Positions 7,375 to 16,895 of a stretch of DNA of 32,000 nt are shown here, in pieces. Origin of the DNA: Candidatus Saccharimonadota bacterium (GTDB lineage: Bacteria; Pseudomonadota; Gammaproteobacteria; Burkholderiales; Burkholderiaceae). The position numbers and the translations under genes were made by a program. Within the stretch, counting starts at the first letter, position 1; each line of letters starts with the position of its first letter. The DNA lies in assembly GCA_000147015.1 (NCBI GenBank), contig CP002161.1:60001-92000 (forward strand). Reading direction: 5' to 3'. The notes beneath the pieces were generated by a model. The model was not told the origin of the DNA. It saw nothing but the letters and a program-made list of their open reading frames with translations, and did not search any database.

Positions 7375-9198
7375 TTAAAATTTATTTATTTTTATTAGTT
7401 TTATTATAATATTATTTAATACTTTACTAAAATTAGAAATATTTTTTATGTTTATACCTTCCTTTAATAAAGATAAATCATAAATAAAATTTGATCAAAA
7501 TTTTATTTTTTTTTTTTTTTTTAATAAATATTTAATTAAAATATGTTTAGGATTTATTTCTAATATATTTTTATTTTTTAATAATATTTTTTGTTTTGAA
7601 TTTTTTAAAATTTTAATTAAATTATTAGATATTTCCTTTTCATTAGAAACTATTAAACAAGATGGAGAATATATTAATCTATATGTTAATTTTATTTCAA
7701 ATATTTTTTTTTTTAAATTATTTTTAATTTTATTTAATAATTTATTATATTTTATAATATTTTTTTTAAATTTATATTTTTTATTAAAATTTAAAATATT
7801 TATATCTAAAATACCTTTTGTTACAGAAATAAATTTTTTTTTACTTATTTTTTTTAAAAAATTTAAAATTCATTCATCTATTTTATTTGTAAATATTATA
7901 ACTTCTATATTTTTTTTTAAAAAATATTCTAAATGAGGACTATTTATAGCATTATTATAATTATCTGATATTATGTAATAAATTTTATTATTATTTTCTT
8001 TTGTTCTTGAATAATATTCCTTTAATGATATATAATTATTATTATAAGTAGTTTTAAATCTTATTAAATTTAATATTTTTTTATTATTTATAAAATCTTC
8101 GTAAATTCCTTCTTTAAATATATTTCCAAAGTTTTTTCAAAATAAATTATAAATTTTAACTTTATTTTTTGAAATATATTTTAAATATTTTAAAAAAATA
8201 TTAATTATTGTGTTCTTTATTATTTTAATAATATTATTATCTTGTAATTTTTCTCTTGAAATATTTAAATTTAAATTTGTACAATCAACTATTCCTTTTA
8301 TAAAACGTAAATAATTAGGTATTATCTCTTTAATATTATTTATTATAAGTACTTTATTTGAATATAATTTTATATTTGAATTATTTTTTATTATATTTTC
8401 ATCTTTTAAGGGTACATATAGAAGTAAAACATATTCATTTTTATTAGTTTCTATTTTTTTATGTATATAAAATAATGGTTTTTCATTATTATCTATGTTA
8501 TTATTATAAAATTTAATATAATCTTTTTTTAATAAACTAGACTTATTTTTCATTCAAAATACATTTGGATTATTAACTGTAATTCATTTTTTTTTTTTTT
8601 TTATTTTTATAGGTGATGAAATATAATTAGAATATTTTTTTATTATTTTAATTATTTTTTTATAAGATAAAAATTTTTTTTCTTTTTCTTTTAAATATAA
8701 TTTTATTGTTGTTCCATAATTTTTTTTTTTTTTTTTCTTTATATAAAAATTTCCTTTACCTTCTGAAATTCATTCATAACCAATATTTTTATTATTGTAT
8801 TTTTTTGATATTACTTTTACTAATTTAGAAACTATAAAAACAGAATAAAAACCAACACCAAATTTTCCTATTAATTTATTATCTTTTTTTTTATTACCTG
8901 TTAATTTTGATAAAAAATTTTTAGTACCTGATTTAGCAATAGTTCCTAAATTATTTATAATTTCATTTTTATTCATACCTATACCATTATCTATAATTGT
9001 TATTTTTTTTTTAATTTTATTTATTTTTATTTTTATATTAAAATTTATATTATTATATATATATTTTAATTTATCTATTGCATCTTGAGAATTTGAAATT
9101 ATTTCTCTTATAAATATTTCTTTATATGAATATAAATTTTTTATCATTATATCCAATACTTTTCTTATATCTGCTTTAAATTTAATTTTTTTTTTCAT
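7375..9198 (-). CDS. htpG: Chaperone HtpG (Hsp90)
   Basis: Fragments 8770..9198 and 8137..8553 plus unlisted pieces form one frame of 1824 nt. I checked the gaps codon by codon and found only TGA, no TAA/TAG. Supporting motifs: EIFIREIISNSQDAIDK, GTIAKSGTKNFL, GKFGVGFYSVF, FGNIFKEGIYED, LIRFKTTY and the C-terminal DLSLLKEGINIKN. TGA aligns with HtpG Trp positions (E-W-IS versus RWES; K-W-ITVNNPNVF-W-MKNKS versus sWekiN...alWtrnks). Confidence 0.93.
7506..7522. repeat. T17 homopolymer inside htpG
   Basis: Counted directly: 17 consecutive T. The frame is preserved. Confidence 0.95.
8587..8602. repeat. T16 homopolymer inside htpG
   Basis: Counted directly: 16 consecutive T, encoding a Lys run on the minus strand. 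The frame is preserved. Confidence 0.95.
8720..8736. repeat. T17 homopolymer inside htpG
   Basis: Counted directly: 17 consecutive T, encoding a Lys run on the minus strand. The frame is preserved. Confidence 0.95.
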
Positions 9199-9209
9199 TT
9201 TATTATATA

Positions 9210-9281
9210 TATCTCTAAGGGGAATTGAACCCCTATTTTCACCGTGAAAGAGTGATGTCCTAACCTTTAGACTATAGAGAC
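9210..9281 (-). tRNA. tRNA-Glu (anticodon UUC)
   Basis: Reverse complement GTCTCTATAGTCTAAAGGTTAGGACATCACTCTTTCACGGTGAAAATAGGGGTTCAATTCCCCTTAGAGATA folds as a cloverleaf with anticodon loop CTTTCAC. It resembles E. coli tRNA-Glu. No encoded CCA. Confidence 0.9.
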
Positions 9282-10543
9282 TAAAAATATTTATAAAGAA
9301 TATTTAAAATTTTTTTTTTTCCTATAATTTTTATAATTGTTATTAAAGAGGGGGTATTTTTTTTTTTAAATATTATTATTCTTAAAAATTTATTTAAAAT
9401 ATAATTTTTTAATTTATAAATATTAATTATTTTATTAATTATTAAATTTATATATTTTTTTTTTCATATTATTTTAAAAAATAAAATATATAAATCAAAT
9501 ATTATTTTATTTTTTTTAAAATTACTTAGAATTTTATTATTATTAATATATAAATATTTTATATTATTTAAAATATTTTTAAAATTTATATTATTAAATT
9601 TATATATATTTATTATTTTTATTATCTTAAAATAATTTTTAAGTTTTATTTTTTTATTTTTTAAAAATATAATAATATATTTAAAAATTTTTATATTATT
9701 TGAATATTTTAAATGATATTTATTTATTCAATTTAATTTTAAAATATTTATTTTAGAAGAAGATTTTTTAATATTTTTAATATTAAATAAATTATAAAAA
9801 TTATTAATTTTATATATTTCTTTATTTAAAAAACCTCATCCTAATTTAGAAATATAATTTAATAATGTTTCTGGTAAAAAATTATTTTTAATAAAATTTA
9901 ATATTTTAAAAGATTTTTTTTTTTTAGATAATTTTTTTCCATTATTATTTAAAATCATTGGTAAATGATAATAAATAGGAATTTTTTTTTTAAAAGATTT
10001 ATATAAACAAATTTGATTTGGTGTATTACTAATATGATCATCACCTCTTATTATATGAGAAATTTTCATTTTTATATCATCTACTACAACACAAAAATTA
10101 TATAAATATAGATTATTAGATCTCCTTATAATTAAATCTTTAAATTTATAATTTGAAATAATTTTTTTATTAAAATTTTTTCATTTAAATATATTTTTTT
10201 TATTATTTTTAAATTTTATAATAGGTATACTTTTAAATTTATCAAAAAAAAAATAAACCTTTTTAATTTTAAATAATTTTTTTATAAACTTTAAATAATA
10301 AAAATTTCTTTTACTTTGAAAAAATGGTTTTTTTTTATAATTAAAATTAAAAATTGAAAATATATTTAATATATTTTTAATATATTTAATATATTTTATA
10401 TTTAGATTACTATCTTCTATTCTTAAAAAAAAATTTCCTTTATTTTTAAAAGAAAAAGCAAAATTATATAAAATAGTTCTTATATTACCAATATGCAAAT
10501 ATCCACTAGGACTAGGAGCAAAACGTATGTTTAATAATTTCAT
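9281..10543 (-). CDS. gltX: Glutamyl-tRNA synthetase
   Basis: Fragments 10181..10543 and 9836..10069 plus the downstream part form one frame of 1263 nt. I walked it codon by codon to TAG at 9281..9283; only TGA interrupts it. Supporting motifs: [17 protein letters not shown] (HIGH region), [32 protein letters not shown] (KMSKS-like), [14 protein letters not shown]. Confidence 0.92.
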
Positions 10544-10566
10544 ATTTAATAATTTAATATTTTATA

Positions 10567-12174
10567 ATGAATATTAAAAATAATATATATATTATTAATA
10601 CAGCTTTTCCATACATAAATGGTAATTTACATTTAGGTCATATTATGGAATTTATACAAGCAGATATATATGTAAGATTTTTAAAAATGAATAAAAAGAA
10701 AGTATATTTTATAGGAGCTAATGATATTCATGGAAATTTAATTAATTTAAATTTTTTAAATAAAAAAATAATAAAAAAAAATATTAATTTAATATTAAAT
10801 AAAAGAAAAAAAAATTTAAATTATTTTAATATAATATATAATAATTGATATAATACCAATAGTATTGAAAATAATTTATTTTCTAATTTAATATATTATA
10901 TTTTTTATAAAAATAAATTATTAATTAAAAAAAAAGTTTATCAATTTTTTGATAATAATAAAAATATTTATTTAACAGATAGATTTATAAAAGGTATATG
11001 TCCTAAATGTTTATTTAAAAATCAATATGGCGATTTTTGTGAAAATTGTAATATTAATTATGATTCAATATATATAAAAAATCCAAATTTTATTTTAAAT
11101 AATAAAAAACCTTTAATAAAATTATCAAAACAAATATTTTTAAATATAAAAAATAAAATTTTTTATAAGATTATAAATGAAATATTAAATAAAAAATATC
11201 AAAAAGAAATTAATAAAAAAAAAAGAGAATGATATAATTTAAATATTTGAAATATTAGTAGAAATAAACCATATTTTGGTATAAAAATATTTAATAAAAA
11301 AAATAAATATTTTTATGTATGATGAGATGCTATAATAGGTTATTTATCTTGTTTTAAAAATTTAATTAAAAATAATAAGAAATTTAAAAATATTATTTAT
11401 AAAAATAAAAATATTAAACAAACATATTTTATAGGTAAAGATATAGTATATTTTCATATAATAATATTACAAATAATATTAAAAATTTTTAAATATAAAA
11501 CAAAAAATAAATTTTTTATTCATGGTTTTTTAAAAATTAATAAAGAAAAAATGTCTAAAACTAAAAAAAATTATATTTTAATTTCAAAATATATAAAATT
11601 AAATTTAAATCCAGAATATTTAAGATATTATTTTGCTTCAAAATTAAATAATAAAATAAAAGATATAAATTTTAATATTAAAGATTTTATTTATAAAATA
11701 AATAATGAATTAATAAATAAATATATAAATATTATTAGTAGAATAATAAAATTTATTAAAAAAAATAAATTTATAATAAATAATAATTGAAATAAATCAA
11801 ATAAAGTATTTTTAAAAAATATAATTAATATTTCGTTAAAAATTAAAAAATTATATAAAAAAATAGAATATAATAAAATAATAAAAATTATTATTAATAA
11901 AATACAAATTATAAATAATTATATAAATTATTATAAATTATGAAATATAAATAATAAAAAAAAAAAATATTTTTTATCTAGTTTTTTTATAGAATGTTTT
12001 AAAAATATAACAATATTTTTGAAACCAATATTACCTGAAATAAATTACAAATTAGAATTTTTACTAAATATAAATTTATCAAAATGAAATAATATATATA
12101 AAAAAATAAAAAATAAAAAAATAAAAAAATATTTTTATTTTTTAAATAAAATTAATATTATAAAAAAAATATAA
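10567..12174 (+). CDS. metG: Methionyl-tRNA synthetase (no C-terminal dimerisation/EMAPII-like domain)
   Basis: Fragments 10567..10848 and 11551..11790 plus the rest form one frame of 1608 nt ending TAA 12172..12174. Supporting motifs: TAFPYINGNLHLGH (HIGH), DRFIKGICPKCLFKNQYGDFCENC (zinc knuckle), IWNISRNKPYFG, YVWWDAIIGY (tandem TGA at 11320..11325), KMSKTKKN (KMSKS), LKPILPE. Confidence 0.93.
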
Positions 12175-12179
12175 TAAAT

Positions 12180-13145
12180 TTATTTTATCATTTTTATTAA
12201 TTTAGGTAATAAAATAAATAAATCACCTATAATACCATAATCAGAAATAGAAAATATAGGAGCTTCTTCATCTTGATTAATAGAAATAATTGTTTTAGAA
12301 TCTTTAATTCCAGCAATATGTTGTATAGCACCAGAAATTCCTATAGCCATATATATATCAGGTGCTATTATTTTTCCAGATTGTCCTATTTGAAAATTAT
12401 TAGAAATATAACCAGCATCAACTGCAGATCTAGTAGCTCCTATAGCTGCATTTAATTTTTTAGCTAATATTTTTAATATTTCAAAACCTTTAATAGATTT
12501 TAAACCTCTTCCGCCTCCTATTATTATTTTTGAATTATTTAAATTTAAATTATTTTTTTCTATTTCTTTTATATTTATAAATTTAGTTTTTTTAAATTTA
12601 TCAAAATTATTATTTATATATTTAAATTTTACTTTATATTTAGTATTTTTAATAATATTTATATTACTAAAATTAGTAAATCTAATTGTTAACAATTTTA
12701 TAGGATCATAAGATTTAACAGTTAATTTTATATTACCAGAATGAATTAATTTTTCAAAAGTATTTTTGTTTAATATATTTATAACATCAGAAATTGGTGA
12801 AACATCTATTTTTGAAGCTAAACGTGGTAAAATATTTTTACCAAAATGATTAGAAGGAAATATTAAATAATTATATTTTTTATATAAATTTAATAATAAA
12901 TTTACTACATTTTCACTTATTATGTTTTTAAATATTATATTATTAAATATAATTACTTTTTTAATATTAACTATATTGTCTAATTTTGATTTAATAAAAT
13001 TTTTTTTAATTTTATAACCTATTATTAATATATATATATTATTTTCATTTTTGTCATTTTTTATTTTTTTTGCAGATTCAATAAGATTATAAATTATATT
13101 ATTTATTTTTAATTCTTTATATTCTATACAAATTAAAATATTCAT
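12180..13145 (-). CDS. etfA: Electron transfer flavoprotein, alpha subunit
   Basis: 321 aa. GGGRGLKS...LAKKLNAAIGATRSAVDAGYISNNFQIGQSGKIIAPDIYMAIGISGAIQHIAGIKDSKTIISINQDEEAPIF is the ETF-alpha FAD-binding signature. Confidence 0.9.
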   Translation of the reverse strand: MNILICIEYKELKINNIIYNLIESAKKIKNDKNENNIYILIIGYKIKKNFIKSKLDNIVNIKKVIIFNNIIFKNIISENVVNLLLNLYKKYNYLIFPSNHFGKNILPRLASKIDVSPISDVINILNKNTFEKLIHSGNIKLTVKSYDPIKLLTIRFTNFSNINIIKNTKYKVKFKYINNNFDKFKKTKFINIKEIEKNNLNLNNSKIIIGGGRGLKSIKGFEILKILAKKLNAAIGATRSAVDAGYISNNFQIGQSGKIIAPDIYMAIGISGAIQHIAGIKDSKTIISINQDEEAPIFSISDYGIIGDLFILLPKLIKMIK

Positions 13146-13894
13146 TATTTAATAATATTAAATTCTTTTAATTTTTCAAATAATTCTTTTATATTAATAA
13201 ATTTTATTTTTTTTTTTTCTTTTTCATTTATACTATATTTTATTTTTTTTAATTTACTAATTTTATCTATATTTATATCTTTTATATTTATAATTTCTAT
13301 ATTTTTTTTTTTTGATTTAATAATATTAGATAATGATATAAATCTTGGTTCATTTAATCTTAAATCAACAGTAATTAATGCTGGTAATTCTAAAGATAAA
13401 TTTTCTAAACCAAAATCAATTTCTTTAGTAACAATAATTTTATCTTTTTTTAATACAATATTAGAAACACAAATTGCTTGAGGTCAATTTAAAATACCTG
13501 CTAACATTTGTCCTAATTGATGATTATCTTCATTAATTTGTTGTTTACCCATTATTATTAAATCTATATTTTTTTTTTCAACTATATTTTTTAATAATTT
13601 TGAAATTATTAAAGGAGATAATTCTATATTTTCATCATTGTTTATTAATATACTTTCATCAATACCAAAAGCTAAAGATTTTTGTAAAATTTCTTTAGAA
13701 TTTAAATTAGAACATGTTATAGAAATAACTTTACAATTTTTTTTATTTTCTTTTAATTGCATTGAAGCTTCTAATGCTATTTCATCAAATGGATTTATAA
13801 TTAAATTATAATTATTATAATTTATATTATTATTTTCAACAACTAAATTTATATTAGGATCTATTACACCTTTTATAGGTACTAATATATTCAT
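13145..13894 (-). CDS. etfB: Electron transfer flavoprotein, beta subunit
   Basis: ORF 13484..13894 continues through one TGA. I checked it codon by codon to TAA 13145..13147 (750 nt). Supporting motifs: MNILVPIKGVIDP..., NPFDEIALEAS, GKQQINEDNHQLGQMLAGILN-W-PQA, LPALITVDLRLNEPRF. Its stop overlaps the etfA ATG by 1 nt. Confidence 0.87.
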
Positions 13895-13896
13895 AT

Positions 13897-14565
13897 TTAT
13901 TTTAAATTTATATTTTTTATTATATCTTTATGTATTTTATTTTCATCTTTATTTATTTTTATATTTATCATTTTATTTACTAATTTTTTTTTATTTTTAT
14001 TATTAATTTTTTTTTCTTTATTTATAATATTATAAAATATATTTTTTTGTTTTCTAATTAAAATAAGATAAATTTTTGATAATAAAATACAATCTAATAA
14101 AGCATTATGTAACTTACGTTTTTTTATACTTATTTTAAATCTTTTACATAATGAATTTAAATCATTTTTTTTATTAGGGAATTTTTTTCTTGCTATTTTT
14201 AAACTATCAACTATATTTTTTACATAATATTTAAACTTTTTATATTTTAATATTTTAAATTCTTTATTTAAAAAAGAAATATCAAAAGAAGAATTATGTA
14301 TTATAATAGTATAATTTTTAATAAAATTTATTAATTTATCTATAATATCTTTAAAAAAAGGTTTATTTTTTAAAAATTTATCACTTATTCCATGTATTTT
14401 TAAAGCATCTTTATTAGATTTTCTATTAGGATTTATATATTCATGAAATTTTTTATTAGTTATTTTTCTATTCAATATTTTTATACAAGCAATTTCTATA
14501 ATTCTATCACCTTTTTTAACATTTAAACCAGTTGTTTCTATATCTAATATTATTTCTTTTTTCAA
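13897..14565 (-). CDS. dnaQ: DNA polymerase III epsilon subunit (3'-5' proofreading exonuclease)
   Basis: 222 aa. Exo motifs ILDIETTGL (ExoI), IIHNSSFDISFL (ExoII), HNALLDCILLSKIY (ExoIII, H-x4-D). The first codon at 14565..14563 is TTG. No in-frame ATG lies upstream before a TAG. Confidence 0.87.
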   Translation of the reverse strand: MKKEIILDIETTGLNVKKGDRIIEIACIKILNRKITNKKFHEYINPNRKSNKDALKIHGISDKFLKNKPFFKDIIDKLINFIKNYTIIIHNSSFDISFLNKEFKILKYKKFKYYVKNIVDSLKIARKKFPNKKNDLNSLCKRFKISIKKRKLHNALLDCILLSKIYLILIRKQKNIFYNIINKEKKINNKNKKKLVNKMINIKINKDENKIHKDIIKNINLK

Positions 14566-14566
14566 A

Positions 14567-14809
14567 TTAAAAAATATGAATATTTTCTATTTTAAGTTTT
14601 TTAAATATCTTTTTCTTTATTCTTATAATTTTATTTTTTTTAATAATTTTTTTATTTCAAAATTTATCTATTATAGATAAATTTTGAAATATTTTTTTTT
14701 TTTCAATATCTTTATTACTATTAATAATATTATAAATATTTTTAATTGCATTTTTAAATTTAGATTTTCTTATTGAATTAATAATTTTTCTATTGTTATT
14801 TTTTTTCAT
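14567..14809 (-). CDS. rpsT: 30S ribosomal protein S20
   Basis: Not in the track (one internal TGA). ATG 14809..14807, TAA 14567..14569, 243 nt. MKKNNNRKIINSIRKSKFKNAIKNIYNII...IFQNLSIIDKFWNKKIIKKNKIIRIKKKIFKKLK parallels S20 (...ks..kr...s.k.r.rN.s.rs..rt.iKk....l...a...iD.a..kgiihkNkAaR.ks.l...). Overlaps the rbfA 3' end by 14 nt. Confidence 0.72.
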
Positions 14810-15164
14810 AATTTTTGTTAATTTCTAATAAAGAAATTTTTTTTTCAAATTTTAAAGATGATTTATCATAAATAAAATTTAAATTAATTTTTTTAAAATT
14901 ATTAATTTTATTTTTAATTTTATAATTTATATAATTTTTAATATTATTTAATAATTTTATTAAAATAAAAATTTCTTTTTTAATATTCAAACTATATTCT
15001 TTTAAAAAATCTATAAAATATATATTAATATTTGAAAATTTTTTATTTATATATATTTTAGTAATAATAATATTTTTTAAATAAGGATTTTTAATTTTAA
15101 ATTTTAATATATATATTAAAAAATTGTAAATAAATTTTGATATTTTAATATTTTTTTTAAACAT
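14796..15164 (-). CDS. rbfA: Ribosome-binding factor A
   Basis: 122 aa, immediately downstream of infB. IKNPYLKNIIITKIYINKKFSNINIYF matches ikDPRl...vtvt.vevs.Dl..akvyv. INLNFIYDKSSLKFEKKISLL matches PeL.F.yD.s...g.....Ll. Confidence 0.8.
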   Translation of the reverse strand: MFKKNIKISKFIYNFLIYILKFKIKNPYLKNIIITKIYINKKFSNINIYFIDFLKEYSLNIKKEIFILIKLLNNIKNYINYKIKNKINNFKKINLNFIYDKSSLKFEKKISLLEINKNYEKK

Positions 15165-15230
15165 TAATTTGAAATAAATAATTTTTTAATAATTTCATTT
15201 TTATAATATAATAAAATTATAAATACTATT

Positions 15231-16763
15231 TTAAATATTTTCATTATTTTTAATACTTTCAATATTTTCAATATTTTCTTTTTTATCAAATATTTCTAAT
15301 TTATCATTTATATAAAAACTATTAAAATTTTTAAAAGTAATACCACATTCTATACCATATTTAGCTTCTTTAATTTCTTTTCCATAATGTTTAATTGAAT
15401 TTATATAACCTTTTCAAATAATAATATCATTTCTTTTTATTAAAATAAAAGAATTTTTTTTTATTTTACCTTTTGTAATATAACAGCCCGCTATAATTTC
15501 ACATTCTTTTTTTATTTTTTTTTTTATTTCAGCATATCCTAATACTTTTATTTTTTTTTCATTTCTTTTTTTTTTTAAATACATTATTTTTTTTAATTTT
15601 TTTAAAATATCATAAATTATATAAAAATAATATATTTTAATATTATACTTTTTTTTAAAATTTAATAATTCTTTATTTTCATATAAATTAAAAGCTATAA
15701 TTATAGAATTTGTATTTTTACATAAAATTATATCATTTATATTTATATCACCAATAGAATAATTAATTATTTTTATTTTTCCATATTTATTATAAAATTT
15801 GGTTAAAATATTTAATATAGATTTTTGATTACCATAATTATAAGATTTTAAAATCAAATTTAATTTTTTACCTTCATAATTTTTAGAACTTTTATTTTTT
15901 TTAAAAATTAGTTTATTATTTTTATTTATTTTTTTTTTAGATATAAAATATTTTTTTTTTTTAATTTTTTTTTTATTTGAAGTAATAAAAAATTTTTCTC
16001 CTGATTTTGGTAATATATTTAAACCTTGAATAATTCCAGGTATTGAGGGATATAAAAAATCAATATTTTTAAAATTTTCATTTAGTATAGATTTTACTTT
16101 ACCATATGAACTTTTTGTAATCATAAAATTACCTTTTTTTAAAATTCCACATTTTGATAAAACTATAACTAAAGGTCCTTTTTTTTTATTTAAAATTGAT
16201 TCTATTATTATTCCTTTACTATTTTTGTTTTTTTCAAATTTTATATCTAAAATATCTGTTAATAATTTTATATTATTTATTAATTGTTCATAACCCTCAC
16301 CTGTTTTAGAAGAAAAATTAACAAATAATGATTCGCCTCCATATTTATCAGATATTATTCCTAAATTATTTAATTGATTTATTATTTTTTTAATATTTAT
16401 ATTTAATTTATCAATTTTATTAATTACTACTATTAAAGGAATTTTATTATTTAAAATATATGATATTACTTCTTTAGTTTGAGGCATAACACCATCATCA
16501 GCTGCTATTACTAATAACATTATATCTATTATTTTAACTCCTAAAATTCTCATATGTGAAAATGCTTCATGTCCAGGTGTATCTATAAAAGTTAAAGGAC
16601 CTATTAAAGTTTCTATATTATATACATTTATATTTTGAGTAATATTTCCTATTTCTTTAGATACTATATTTGTTTTTATTATATAATCTAATAATGAAGT
16701 TTTGCCATGATTAACATGACCCATTATTCCTATTATAGGAGGTCTTTTAAATTTTATTTTCAT
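15231..16763 (-). CDS. infB: Translation initiation factor IF-2, N-terminally truncated form (starts at the G domain)
   Basis: ORF 15414..16763 continues through one TGA. I checked it codon by codon to TAA 15231..15233 (1533 nt, 510 aa). It begins MKIKFKRPPIIGIMGHVNHGKTSLLDYI (RPPVVTIMGHVDHGKTsLLD), then DTPGHEAF and NKIDK. The C-terminal domain reads GCYITKGKIKKNS...IECGITFKNF. An in-frame TAA 5 codons upstream of the ATG excludes a longer N-terminus. Confidence 0.92.
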
Positions 16764-16895
16764 TTTTAATTTAGTTATTTATATATTTATTATTTAAATA
16801 TAAAATTAATAAATAAAATTATAATTAAATAAATAAAAATTTATTATTTTATATTTATTATTTTAAATATTAATTCTTTATTGAATAGTTTATAT

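Noticed and set aside
12273-12455. 60-aa plus-strand ORF inside etfA
   Set aside because: It is antisense to the most conserved part of etfA (the FAD-binding signature). It has no motif of its own and looks like a typical shadow ORF created by the codon structure of the opposite strand.
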